Shown: positions 50,204-58,839, counted from the stretch's first letter. The stretch: DNA of 64,000 bases from an uncultured Candidatus Saccharibacteria bacterium (GCA_964537935.1 CAZICT010000001.1:134870-198869), one strand, 5' to 3'. A program made the numbers and translations. The notes: generated by a model not told the origin, from the sequence alone.

Positions 50204-50809
50204 CTAGATGCCGATAGCGTGCTTTAGCCGCTCGACAAAACCAGGATTTTTTCCGCCGCTGCAGCTACTGGGATCAGGTTTTTGGTTGTATTCACCGGCA
50301 GTGTGCTCGATAGAATCATAGCGTTCATCAAGAGTCTGCTGATCAGCTTCACCGTAATCAATCAATAGTTTGTCTTCACTCCCGATTACCTGGTTAGCAA
50401 TCGAGTTTACCGGCTCGCCGTTAAGTATAAACTTAAGCTGCTTATCATCTTCGCCGTCGATAAATACGCCCTCGTCAGTCTCCAGTACCGTATCGGTCAG
50501 ACCATACCCCAGGTTTGCCAGGAAATGCCCCCATGTAACCGCGCCATCATGAACGTGGACGACGTTGCTTATTTGGTCATGCATATGTACTCGGGTCAGT
50601 GGATTGTTCAATTCATCGTCAGTGCAGCTCTGCACCTCTTCGTAAAACGTAAAACTATCAAACGGATCCCGTTCGCCATTAACGTAAAGAGCAAAATTAG
50701 CATGATGATGCACGTCGTTTGGCGAATATAAAATGAAGCGCAGTGCAATCAGCCAGATTATACCTGCTGCAAATCCGGCGGCCGCGGCAATTATGAGTCT
50801 TTTGTTCAT
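50204..50809 (-). CDS. Membrane-anchored His-rich hypothetical protein
   Basis: N-terminal anchor (LIIAAAAGFAAGIIWLIAL), then His clusters (VHHHANF; RVHMHDQISNVVHVHDGAVTWGH). Confidence 0.6.
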   Translation of the reverse strand: MNKRLIIAAAAGFAAGIIWLIALRFILYSPNDVHHHANFALYVNGERDPFDSFTFYEEVQSCTDDELNNPLTRVHMHDQISNVVHVHDGAVTWGHFLANLGYGLTDTVLETDEGVFIDGEDDKQLKFILNGEPVNSIANQVIGSEDKLLIDYGEADQQTLDERYDSIEHTAGEYNQKPDPSSCSGGKNPGFVERLKHAIGI

Positions 50810-50843
50810 GCATAGTAGTATAGCAAGCGGTATACTGTTAAGT

Positions 50844-51011
50844 ATGGAATTATTCGCGCATGCAGGTGAAGTTCATGAATCCAGCTCAGAATCGATTGGG
50901 CACTTACTTGGCTCAGTAATTCCGTTTGTGTTGGCGACGCTGATTATCATCGGCTTGTTGGCACTGATTATCAAAAAACTTAGCAAATCATCAGATAAGG
51001 AGGTGAAATGA
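50844..51011 (+). CDS. Possible small membrane protein (55 aa)
   Basis: MELFAHAGEVHESS... followed by one TM span. Its end overlaps the glutaredoxin-like gene start by 4 nt. The RBS is weak. Confidence 0.3.
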   Translation: MELFAHAGEVHESSSESIGHLLGSVIPFVLATLIIIGLLALIIKKLSKSSDKEVK

Positions 51012-51238
51012 TAACCGTTTATTCAGCAGATTGGTGCGGCTTTTGTCGCATGGCAAAAAATTATTTCCAATCCAAAAATATCGATTTCGAAGAAAAAAAC
51101 GTCGAACAAAACCCTGAATACGCTCAAGAAGCCGTGGAAAAATCCGGTCAAATGGGCATTCCGGTAATTGACATCGACGGCACGATTATAGTCGGATTTG
51201 ACCGTCCAGCAATTGACGCCGCTCTGGAAAAGCGCTAA
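51008..51238 (+). CDS. Glutaredoxin-like protein (CGFC active site)
   Basis: 76 aa with the pattern ITVYSADWCGFCRMAKNYF ... GIPVIDIDG, typical of NrdH/YruB-type glutaredoxins. Confidence 0.85.
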   Translation: MITVYSADWCGFCRMAKNYFQSKNIDFEEKNVEQNPEYAQEAVEKSGQMGIPVIDIDGTIIVGFDRPAIDAALEKR

Positions 51239-51807
51239 TGGCGTTTGAGGATTTTAAGACCAAAGAATCGGTCGTTGTTGTTTATACCGGCGAAGGTAAA
51301 GGTAAGACCAGCGCCGGAATAGGCCTGCTTGTACGCGCACTCGGCAGCCGCTGGAATGTGGCATTTGTCCAGTTCATCAAATACTGGGGCGTCGGCGAGC
51401 ATGTGTTTATCCGTGATATCATGCCGCTTTATAAGGACCAGCTTTATTTCTTTAAAGGGGGCAAAGGCTTTTATAAAGCCGGCGAGCTCAGTGCCGATCA
51501 TATTACGGAAGAACAACACCAGGCTGCCGCACAAGAAACTTATGAAGTCGCACTTCAGTGCACGACGTCGGGCAAATATGATCTGGTTATTTGTGATGAA
51601 ATCAATAACGCCGTCCATGACGGTTTGATAAGCAAGGACAAACTAACCGACTTAATAAAAAAACGCCACCAAAAAACCAGCCTTTGTTTGACAGGCCGTA
51701 ACTTCCCGAAAGAACTCCTGAGCTATACCGATATAGCAACCAACATGACTAAATTGAAGCACCATTTCGATGATAAATTCCTGGCCAACCCGGGTATTGA
51801 CTACTGA
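51238..51807 (+). CDS. ATP:cob(I)alamin adenosyltransferase (CobO/CobA/BtuR family)
   Basis: VYTGEGKGKTSAGIGLLVRALG ... VAFVQFIK ... LVICDEINNAV ... LTGRN pattern. Confidence 0.8.
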   Translation: MAFEDFKTKESVVVVYTGEGKGKTSAGIGLLVRALGSRWNVAFVQFIKYWGVGEHVFIRDIMPLYKDQLYFFKGGKGFYKAGELSADHITEEQHQAAAQETYEVALQCTTSGKYDLVICDEINNAVHDGLISKDKLTDLIKKRHQKTSLCLTGRNFPKELLSYTDIATNMTKLKHHFDDKFLANPGIDY

Positions 51808-51871
51808 CTAAAAGCTAACTATTGACTAAATCAGCACGCTTATGGTATAATTATTAATAATATACTCGCTT

Positions 51872-52123
51872 ATGAGTTCTGAAGCACTAAAACCAACTGA
51901 ACAAACTCGCCCCATCCTATTTACCGCGCCGCAAGTCATCCTTGAAGGTGCCAGATGGCTATATCTCAGAATAAAAACTTCCCACCAGAACACTCTTAAT
52001 AATTTTGACACACGAGCCAATGATGCGCTTGCCAAGCTACGAACAATTCGTGACGAACAGCTGGATTTTCAAAATAATTCTCACGAGCTGCAAGAACCAA
52101 TCGAAAGCCAACAAGACATATAA
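51872..52123 (+). CDS. Hypothetical protein (83 aa)
   Basis: ORF only. It ends right at the CIRCE element. Confidence 0.4.
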   Translation: MSSEALKPTEQTRPILFTAPQVILEGARWLYLRIKTSHQNTLNNFDTRANDALAKLRTIRDEQLDFQNNSHELQEPIESQQDI

Positions 52124-52150
52124 TTAGCACTCTTGACATGAGAGTGCTAA
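52124..52150 (+). promoter_or_regulatory. CIRCE operator (HrcA binding site)
   Basis: TTAGCACTC-N9-GAGTGCTAA, a perfect match to the CIRCE consensus inverted repeat. Confidence 0.85.
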
Positions 52151-52161
52151 TTTAATACAAT
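52133..52161 (+). promoter_or_regulatory. Sigma-70-type promoter of hsp20, overlapping CIRCE
   Basis: TTGACA (52133-52138), a 17-nt spacer, then TACAAT (52156-52161). The -35 box lies inside the CIRCE spacer. Confidence 0.6.
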
Positions 52162-52211
52162 ATAACTGAGGTGGAATAACCTCGGGAGTTATAAAATGAA
52201 AGGAGGTTTAT

Positions 52212-52673
52212 ATGAACGATTTAACACGTTGGAATGACCCGTTTCATGGCTTGAGCAGGCTTCACAGCCATCTCGACGACATCTTCAAAGACTTTATGGA
52301 AGATAGTCGCGTGCTAAGTATGCCGAATGCACCCAGAATTGACATTTACTCGGAGGATGACGAACGGCTTGTCACAGAAGTACAGATACCGGGATTTGAT
52401 AAAGATGAAGTGAATGTTAACGTTCACGATGGCATACTGGAAATATCAGGCGAAAAGCAAGAGCGTAAAGAAGATAAAGACAAAAAGCGCAATTACATGG
52501 TGCGCGAATCGTCAGTAAGCTTCTATCGCCGGGTAGCACTGCCTAAGTATGCGGATACCGATAAAATCGAAGCTGACTTCGACAATGGGGTCCTGAAGGT
52601 AGTGATACCGTTTAAAGATCTGCCAAAGCCTAAGAAAGTACAAATCGGGTCAGGCAAAACAGGGAAGAAATAA
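52212..52673 (+). CDS. Small heat-shock protein (Hsp20 / alpha-crystallin family)
   Basis: Alpha-crystallin domain (PRIDIYSEDDERLVTEVQIPGFDKDEVNVNVHDGILEISGEK ... FYRRVALP ... ADFDNGVLKVVIP). An AAAGGAGG RBS is present. Confidence 0.95.
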   Translation: MNDLTRWNDPFHGLSRLHSHLDDIFKDFMEDSRVLSMPNAPRIDIYSEDDERLVTEVQIPGFDKDEVNVNVHDGILEISGEKQERKEDKDKKRNYMVRESSVSFYRRVALPKYADTDKIEADFDNGVLKVVIPFKDLPKPKKVQIGSGKTGKK

Positions 52674-52689
52674 CATCCCGTCATTTTAT

Positions 52690-52716
52690 AAACCGGCCAA
52701 AGCAGGCCGGTTTTTG
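52690..52716 (+). terminator. Intrinsic terminator after hsp20
   Basis: AAACCGGCC (52690-52698) pairs with GGCCGGTTT (52705-52713), followed by TTTG. Confidence 0.75.
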
Positions 52717-52808
52717 CTTTAACTCCTGGCAGCACTCAAGTGATAGCGGGGTGCGGCAACCCATCCGGTGCGTTTGCACCCCGCTATACACAATTCTCTT
52801 CGTAGGTA

Positions 52809-53120
52809 TTACTTTATTCGTTTGGTCATCTGCACGTATTGTCCGATGATACCCGCAAACTCAAAGCCGCTTTTCTCATAAAATGGCCTGGCACTCTTAA
52901 GAGAGTTAACACTGAGCCAGGTTTTGTTACGTTCATAAACCGCATCCAGCTGAATAAGCTCAAGTAGCGCCTTGCCGATACCGCTGCCCCGATAATCCGG
53001 ACTTACGTAGAGCCTCCAATCATTTCAGCTTCCGTATCTGGTATGTCACGTATCGAGGCGAACCCGACTGGGCGCCCGTCTGCCGAAATGTTCCAGGCGT
53101 TGCAATTGTGGCTTTTGACG
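52809..53120 (-). pseudogene. GNAT-family acetyltransferase, frameshifted remnant
   Basis: One minus-strand frame reads ...WRLYVSPDYRGSGIGKALLELIQLDAVYERNKTWLSVNSLKSARPFYEKSGFEFAGIIGQYVQMTKRIK*. A different frame upstream reads ...NAWNISADGRPVGFASIRDIPDTEAEMIGGST*. No frame has an intact start. Confidence 0.6.
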
Positions 53121-53526
53121 GTGCTGCCAGAGACTAAAATTTGGTATCCGCGTTTTGGCCCAAAAGGGGAGCGAATAAAGAAGACTCGCGTAATGGTAAA
53201 AAACGGTCCTTTTACCGTAAGGCTGGAATTTCGCGCCTATTCCAGGGCCTCTGAACAACAACTTGAAAAAGTCTTCAGGGAAGGGCTAAGCGCTGCAATA
53301 GATAAAGCTATTTAGGGCAAGGCTATGGTATTTACGGTGCATCCTAAAGGTGCATCATACACGCGGGATGGCAAGCAGAGAGTAGTTTAGCGCTTCAGCA
53401 AGCTGGCCCCTAGGGGTTTCCGCCTCGAACTATTGTCTACTTGTCATCTCCGTTTCCACGAATTACAACAGTCGTGCTGACGAGCTCTAGCAAGAGCGAA
53501 AAACGGAACTATCGTACACTGGATGT

Positions 53527-54105
53527 ATGCGAAAGCTAAACAAACGACAGCAAAAGCTGCTTATTAGCTCGGTGGCAGGATTAGTAATTTTTTTGCTGGG
53601 CGGGCTGACCGCAAACGATACAAACTTTCAACAGACCCTCATAAATAATTCTCCGGGCAGCTACCGCGTGGTTCGAGTTAATGACGGCGATACCCTAACC
53701 ATAGATATGGACGGCACCGAAGAGCGCGTGCGCATGATTGGTGTAGACACACCGGAAACGCAAGACCCGCGCAAACCCGTCCAGTGCTTTGGGCGGGCAG
53801 CCACGGCGTTTACTAAACAGCTTGTCGGCAAAAGTGAGCAGGTGCGTCTAGTTGCAGATGAACTGAGTAGCAACCGCGACCGCTATAACCGCTTGCTGCG
53901 CTATGTCTATTTAGCAGATGACCGCCTATTACAAGAAGAAATTATCAAACAAGGCTATGGCTTCGCGTATACCAACTTTCCATTTACCAAAAGCGAAGAA
54001 TTTAAAAAATTAGAAAGAGAAGCACGCGAAAACAACCGTGGCCTCTGGAATTCCTGCGACCCCGAGATAACCGAAGAAGGTTTTAAATCCACAAACCCAG
54101 AATAA
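53527..54105 (+). CDS. Secreted thermonuclease (staphylococcal-nuclease fold)
   Basis: N-terminal anchor, then VVRVNDGDTLTIDMDGTEERVRMIGVDTPET ... RYNRLLRYVY ... GLW. Confidence 0.9.
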   Translation: MRKLNKRQQKLLISSVAGLVIFLLGGLTANDTNFQQTLINNSPGSYRVVRVNDGDTLTIDMDGTEERVRMIGVDTPETQDPRKPVQCFGRAATAFTKQLVGKSEQVRLVADELSSNRDRYNRLLRYVYLADDRLLQEEIIKQGYGFAYTNFPFTKSEEFKKLEREARENNRGLWNSCDPEITEEGFKSTNPE

Positions 54106-54891
54106 TCACTTTTTGGTTCTTCTTTCAGGCAATAGGAAAAACGATCCAATCCATAAAAATATCGCGCCGAGCCAGCCGAAAATCCATGTCCAGCGCCCAT
54201 GCGTCCGGACCGTTCTTGGCCACATCATAAGGTTGCCGTAAAGTGCTTTTCGATTTTTAAAAATGCGCTTCATTTCCAGTTCTACACGCAAATTTTCTTT
54301 GTAGGTTATTTGATAACCATGCCGGTGCAAATGAATAGCCAGGTCCAAATCTTCATGAATATCATTTCGTAAGCAAACCTTATCCCTAACAGCTTTCCAT
54401 GCTGTGTTTGGTAGTGCCATATTCGAGCCCCACAAAATATAGTGCCCCAGCAAAAATCGATTAACCCGAAAAACTATTTGCCCCTGAACCCAACCATTTA
54501 TCGGCTCCGGGGGGAAACTGACGTTATAAAACACCCCGTTGCCGGTCAATGCATGATTCTTATGGTCGGTTTTGCTATAGAAATCTTTTACATACCTAAC
54601 CCAGTTAGCGGGTAATATGGTATCCGCATCAATCCTGCCGATTATATCTGATGTAGCAGCATTAAATCCGGCGTTCCTGGCGAATATTATGCCTTGGTTT
54701 TCCTCACGCAAAATACGTACAAATTTAAATTGCCTGGCAAGTGTAGCTGTTTTATCGGAAGAATTGTTATCAACTACGATAACCTCGTCAGGCATGACCG
54801 ACTGCCTGGCTATAGCTTCAAGACAAGCCTGGATATGGCCTTCTTCGTTATAAGCTGGTATAACTATTGATAACGTTAATGCTTTTTGCAT
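54106..54891 (-). CDS. Glycosyltransferase family 2
   Basis: SIVIPAYNEE, VVDNNSSDKT and GRIDADT motifs. I start at MQKALTL (54891). The ORF track extends to 54939. Confidence 0.85.
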   Translation of the reverse strand: MQKALTLSIVIPAYNEEGHIQACLEAIARQSVMPDEVIVVDNNSSDKTATLARQFKFVRILREENQGIIFARNAGFNAATSDIIGRIDADTILPANWVRYVKDFYSKTDHKNHALTGNGVFYNVSFPPEPINGWVQGQIVFRVNRFLLGHYILWGSNMALPNTAWKAVRDKVCLRNDIHEDLDLAIHLHRHGYQITYKENLRVELEMKRIFKNRKALYGNLMMWPRTVRTHGRWTWIFGWLGAIFLWIGSFFLLPERRTKK

Positions 54892-54918
54892 AATCATAAT
54901 ACAGATAGATAGTAACAG

Positions 54919-56067
54919 ATGCCTCGAACAAGCAAGCAAGCTTCACTGAAAAAACCAGCACGTAAAAAACCGAAGAAAAACGATTCGTCATGGAAATCGA
55001 GAATAATCGGTTTATGGACAAATGGCGGTTGGCTACGCCGGAGCATAATAGTATTTTCTGCACTTTTGGTGCTGTGGGTTGGCGTTCTGTACGGAATTGC
55101 TCAGTGGTACATATTAAGTAATGCCAACAAGCCTATGAAGTACGGAGCAACCTTTATTCCTTCTTATGCTCGATATTTTGATCTTGATCCTAAAGAAACA
55201 CTAAACGCGATAATACACGATCTTGGAATAAAGCAGCTTAGGTTAGTTAGCTATTGGTCAGTCGGTGAACCAAATCGAGGCGAATATGACTTCAGCGAAC
55301 TGGACTGGCAGATGGAGATGGCGGAAAATACCGGATCAAAAGTCAGCCTTGCGATTGGTTTGCGGCAGCCGCGTTGGCCTGAGTGTCACATGCCTTCCTG
55401 GGCAGAAAAACTTCCGATGAGTGAATGGTCAGTGGAACTCAAAAAATACATGAAAGCCGTAATCGAGCGCTACAAAGACAGCCCGGCGCTTGAAAGTTAT
55501 CAGCTTGAAAATGAATTTTTCATGACAGTATTTGGAATCTGCCCGGACCACAGCCGAGAGCGTCTTATTGACGAGTACGAGTTTGTTAAGCAATTAGATT
55601 CATCGCGACCGATTATTATTAGCCGCAGCAACAACGCCATTGGAATACCTATAAACGATCCCCAGCCAGACATATCGGCTGTATCTGTCTATAAGCGTGT
55701 ATGGGATAAAACTATTACTAAACGCTACTTCGAATATCCATTCCCGTCATGGTTTTATGCGATGCTTGCCGGAGCAGGGAAGATAGTGAACGGCAACGAT
55801 ATGATAATTCATGAACTACAGGCCGAAGCCTGGCTGCCGGAAGGATTTCAGATGAATGATGTAAACGATATTCCAGAGCAGGAAAAATCCCTGAACGCCA
55901 AACGACTACGCGACCGCATTGAGTACGGCAGGGCTACGGGCATGAAAGAAATGTATCTTTGGGGGGTAGAATGGTGGTACTGGCAGAAAGAAAAAGCCGA
56001 TAAACCCGATCTTTGGAACGTCGCCAAAGAAGAATTGTCACGTATAGCCGCCTCATCCGATCAGTAA
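54919..56067 (+). CDS. Membrane-anchored TIM-barrel glycoside-hydrolase-like protein
   Basis: Basic N-terminus plus one TM span. Clan-A-like catalytic motifs are QLENEF (acid/base NE) and IHELQAEAW (candidate nucleophile). The family is not resolved. Confidence 0.55.
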   Translation: MPRTSKQASLKKPARKKPKKNDSSWKSRIIGLWTNGGWLRRSIIVFSALLVLWVGVLYGIAQWYILSNANKPMKYGATFIPSYARYFDLDPKETLNAIIHDLGIKQLRLVSYWSVGEPNRGEYDFSELDWQMEMAENTGSKVSLAIGLRQPRWPECHMPSWAEKLPMSEWSVELKKYMKAVIERYKDSPALESYQLENEFFMTVFGICPDHSRERLIDEYEFVKQLDSSRPIIISRSNNAIGIPINDPQPDISAVSVYKRVWDKTITKRYFEYPFPSWFYAMLAGAGKIVNGNDMIIHELQAEAWLPEGFQMNDVNDIPEQEKSLNAKRLRDRIEYGRATGMKEMYLWGVEWWYWQKEKADKPDLWNVAKEELSRIAASSDQ

Positions 56068-56110
56068 CTGATTACACGCCAGTGAATGTCTTTAGGTTAC
56101 AATAGGCAGT

Positions 56111-56572
56111 ATGGCCAAGAAGAAAAAGCAAGCTCCCGGGGTTATCTCTAACCGGCGGGCAAGATATGATTATGAACTCGACGATACGCTGATTGTCGGT
56201 GTTGTGCTTAATGGTGCCGAAACAAAATCACTGCGGCGCGGTCATGGTCATTTGCGCGGCGCTTACGTTACCGTCAAGGACGGCGAGCTATGGCTCACCA
56301 ACTCTACTATAGTCGGCGATAATTCTATAAGCATCGATGAATCTGACCAGACACGTCCACGTAAACTACTTGCTAAGCGCAAACAAATCCAGGAACTTGA
56401 GGCCGCTAAACAACAAGGAAAGACTATCGTACCGCTAGAGTTTTTAACCAAAGGCAGGTTTATAAAGCTGCGCCTAGCTGCCGGTCGCGGCAAAAAACAC
56501 TACGACAAACGGCAAGCTCTGAAGGAGCGTGACGCTGCACGTGATGCCAGTCGCGTGCATAGACAGCGGTAG
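56111..56572 (+). CDS. smpB: SsrA-binding protein
   Basis: ISNRRARYDYELDDTLIVGVVLNGAETKSLR ... LLAKRKQI ... KHYDKRQALKERD, typical of SmpB. Confidence 0.95.
   Translation: MAKKKKQAPGVISNRRARYDYELDDTLIVGVVLNGAETKSLRRGHGHLRGAYVTVKDGELWLTNSTIVGDNSISIDESDQTRPRKLLAKRKQIQELEAAKQQGKTIVPLEFLTKGRFIKLRLAAGRGKKHYDKRQALKERDAARDASRVHRQR
56510..56556 (+). repeat. Direct repeat copy 1 (inside the smpB 3' end)
   Basis: CGGCAAGCTCTGAAGGAGCGTGACGCTGCACGTGATGCCAGTCGCGT recurs exactly 180 nt downstream with 3 substitutions. Confidence 0.85.
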
Positions 56573-56689
56573 CGGTTTGTTGTCGTAGTGTAACTACGAT
56601 ATTCGAGCGATCAGCAAGAATATATGCCGAGCCCAAAAGTAAATCATTCGTTTTTAAAGCTAAATTTTCTTGGCGCGAAGCTATACAAG

Positions 56690-56736
56690 CGGCAAGCTCT
56701 GAAGGAGCGTGACGCCGCCCGTGACGCCAGTCGCGT
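56690..56736 (+). repeat. Direct repeat copy 2 (displaced smpB 3'-end-like sequence)
   Basis: CGGCAAGCTCTGAAGGAGCGTGACGCCGCCCGTGACGCCAGTCGCGT. It sits in a 43-codon ORF (ATG ~56622) ending ...KLYKRQALKERDAARDASRVLRPR*. Confidence 0.85.
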
Positions 56737-56755
56737 ACTAAGACCAAGATAAAAT

Positions 56756-57892
56756 TTATTCCTCTTCGCTAACGGTTAGGTCTAAGCCTTCTTGTTTGTG
56801 GTCGCGTTCTGCAAAATGTTTAATGATGTTTTCAAAAGTCGTTTCGTAGCTTTCCACCATTTTTTCGGTTGAAAAGTTGCGCTGCACGTGGCGGCGGCAG
56901 GCTTTGCGGTCAATTTGGTCAATTTTTTTGACTGCACTGGCCATTTCTTCAACTGTATCAACCACAAAACCGGTGCGGCCATCAACCACAACCTCTGGTA
57001 CCGAACCGCGATGAAACGCCAAAACTGGCGCTCCGCAGGCCATAGCTTCAACCATCGTCAACCCAAACGGCTCTTCCCACTGAATAGGAAATAGTAGCGC
57101 CTTGGCCCGTTTATAGTAATCAGCTAGCTTAGCGCGTTCAACAAAGCCGATGTGCTTGATCTGATCTCCTAAATAAGGCTTTGCCACTTCGTCAAAATAC
57201 TCTTGAGCTGCCGGGTACAACATACCGACGATTAATAGCTTGTTGTTGGTTTCTAAAGCTACCTGTACTGCTTCTCTTAAACCTTTTTCTGGTACGATTC
57301 GTCCGGAAAACAGCAGGTAGTCATCGTGTTCTTCAGAGAAGGGAAACATGTCCAAATTGATGCCATTGTAGACCGTCCCGGCGTATGGCAGGTTCGGCCT
57401 GGGTTTACGTTGGCTGTCTGATATAGAAATGAAGTACTGGTTGTGATGTAGGTACATGCCAAAGATGTCGCACTTCCACGGCGTCAACGGGTCATGCAAA
57501 GTAAAAGCTACCGGTACGTCCGGATATATTTGAGTAAACGGCAAGGCTATTTCCGGATGGTGAAAATGGAGCAGGTCGTAGCGGCCTTCGTGGGCAGCTT
57601 TAAACATTTCACGCGCCAGGAACATATCCCACATCGCCGGCACGTTGTTCATTTGTGATTCGACGTTATAAAGAAAGTCCACCCATTCGTCTTGATTTTC
57701 AACGAGAGTCCTCAGACCCATGGTTTGAACCGCAGTGTGCAAATGAGTGCCTTCCGGACCGTAAAACTCAACGGCGTGTCCGCGGTCAGCCAGGCCTTCG
57801 CTAATATCAACTGCAAGATCAATCGGTGCGTACACCATATCAGAAGGACGAGGTACCGGCAGGTAGCCTCGAACCATTGTAGCTATTCTCAT
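56756..57892 (-). CDS. Glycosyltransferase family 4 (GT-B)
   Basis: FSGRIVPEKG and the E-x7-E region EPFGLTMVEAMACGAPVL. I start at MRIATMV (57892). The ORF track extends to 57934. Confidence 0.85.
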   Translation of the reverse strand: MRIATMVRGYLPVPRPSDMVYAPIDLAVDISEGLADRGHAVEFYGPEGTHLHTAVQTMGLRTLVENQDEWVDFLYNVESQMNNVPAMWDMFLAREMFKAAHEGRYDLLHFHHPEIALPFTQIYPDVPVAFTLHDPLTPWKCDIFGMYLHHNQYFISISDSQRKPRPNLPYAGTVYNGINLDMFPFSEEHDDYLLFSGRIVPEKGLREAVQVALETNNKLLIVGMLYPAAQEYFDEVAKPYLGDQIKHIGFVERAKLADYYKRAKALLFPIQWEEPFGLTMVEAMACGAPVLAFHRGSVPEVVVDGRTGFVVDTVEEMASAVKKIDQIDRKACRRHVQRNFSTEKMVESYETTFENIIKHFAERDHKQEGLDLTVSEEE

Positions 57893-58010
57893 ATCCCAGT
57901 AGTTCTCTCGTTTTGTTAGCAATACCATTGTCACATTAAATCTTTTGATTGTAAAGCTTTAAGGGGTAAGAAGTTGCTGTTTATTGACTTTTAGTATATA
58001 ATTATTAATA

Positions 58011-58559
58011 ATGAGACGTTTTCTGGGGGTCATGCTCTTGGTTGTTTACGCATGGCTTGGCGCATCTATAATTAATGCTTTTTCGTCAACGCCATCAGGC
58101 GCTACTGGCGTTACGCTGTCTGCCCAAACGCCGCATCAATTTGCTTCAGTCAAAGCTACTAAACTTTTGGAGGAAATCAATGCGGTGCGCGCTGGGCAAA
58201 ATTTGCCTGAATTAGCGGCCGATAGTGAGCTTGAAGCCATAGCCAGGCTGCGGGCTGACGATATGGTTGAGCAAAAATATTATGCACATCAAAGCAGTTC
58301 GGGTAAGTTTTACTTCGATTTATTAGAAGACCATGGACTGCGCCAGGGGTACAGCTGTGAAAACCTCGACCTATCAGATAAAGAAAATGTACGCTTTTAT
58401 TTGAATGATTGGCTCACCAGCCGGGAAGGTCATCGTCAGTGCATGCTGAATAGCCGGGTAAGCAAGGTGGGTATATTTGTTACAGATTTCCCGAACCTCG
58501 GCTCAATGCCGGCTAATACCCAAAAGCAGTACCTGGTCGTAGCCATATTTCAGGAGTAA
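58011..58559 (+). CDS. Secreted CAP/SCP-domain protein
   Basis: Signal peptide, then the pattern LEEINAVRAGQNLPEL ... RLRADDMVEQKYYAHQS ... SCENL ... SREGHRQCML. Confidence 0.8.
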   Translation: MRRFLGVMLLVVYAWLGASIINAFSSTPSGATGVTLSAQTPHQFASVKATKLLEEINAVRAGQNLPELAADSELEAIARLRADDMVEQKYYAHQSSSGKFYFDLLEDHGLRQGYSCENLDLSDKENVRFYLNDWLTSREGHRQCMLNSRVSKVGIFVTDFPNLGSMPANTQKQYLVVAIFQE

Positions 58560-58634
58560 TTAGGCTTGTCGTACGCCTAAGGCTTCGATATAATTGCACA
58601 GTCACAATCAGGTGTGATAAGCATTAATTAATAA

Positions 58635-58709
58635 TCCCGGGTAGCTCAATGGTGGAGCAAGAAGCTGTTAACTTCGAGGTTGCCGGTTCGAGTCCGGCCC
58701 CGGGAGCCA
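58635..58709 (+). tRNA. tRNA-Asn (anticodon GUU), CCA encoded
   Basis: Cloverleaf: TCCCGGG / GCTC-AATGGTG-GAGC / AGAAG-CTGTTAA-CTTCG / AGGTT / GCCGG-TTCGAGT-CCGGC / CCCGGGA-G-CCA. Confidence 0.92.
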
Positions 58710-58711
58710 AA
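58694..58711 (+). repeat. att-type direct repeat, copy 1 (3' end of tRNA-Asn)
   Basis: CCGGCCCCGGGAGCCAAA. Confidence 0.8.
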
Positions 58712-58839
58712 AGAAAGCGAGTCAGGTTTTAATCTGGCTCGTTTTCTTTTCGTTCCGAGAATCGGAACACTCGAACCGGAGGTTCGGTCATCAGTCACAG
58801 CCCCCAGCGAAGCGGGCGACTGGATTGATGTGCGTTTGC

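Noticed and set aside
53043-53315. 90-aa + strand ORF and 71-aa minus-strand ORF around 53.0-53.3 kb.
   Set aside because: Both overlap the decayed GNAT gene in the wrong frame or strand. The sequence is better explained as a pseudogene.
56573-56755. I looked for tmRNA (ssrA) immediately downstream of smpB.
   Set aside because: The gap is only 183 nt. It has no tRNA-like 3' end (no GGTTCGA-type T-loop followed by an acceptor strand and CCA) and no resume-codon/tag ORF pattern. The region is instead explained by the duplicated smpB 3' end.
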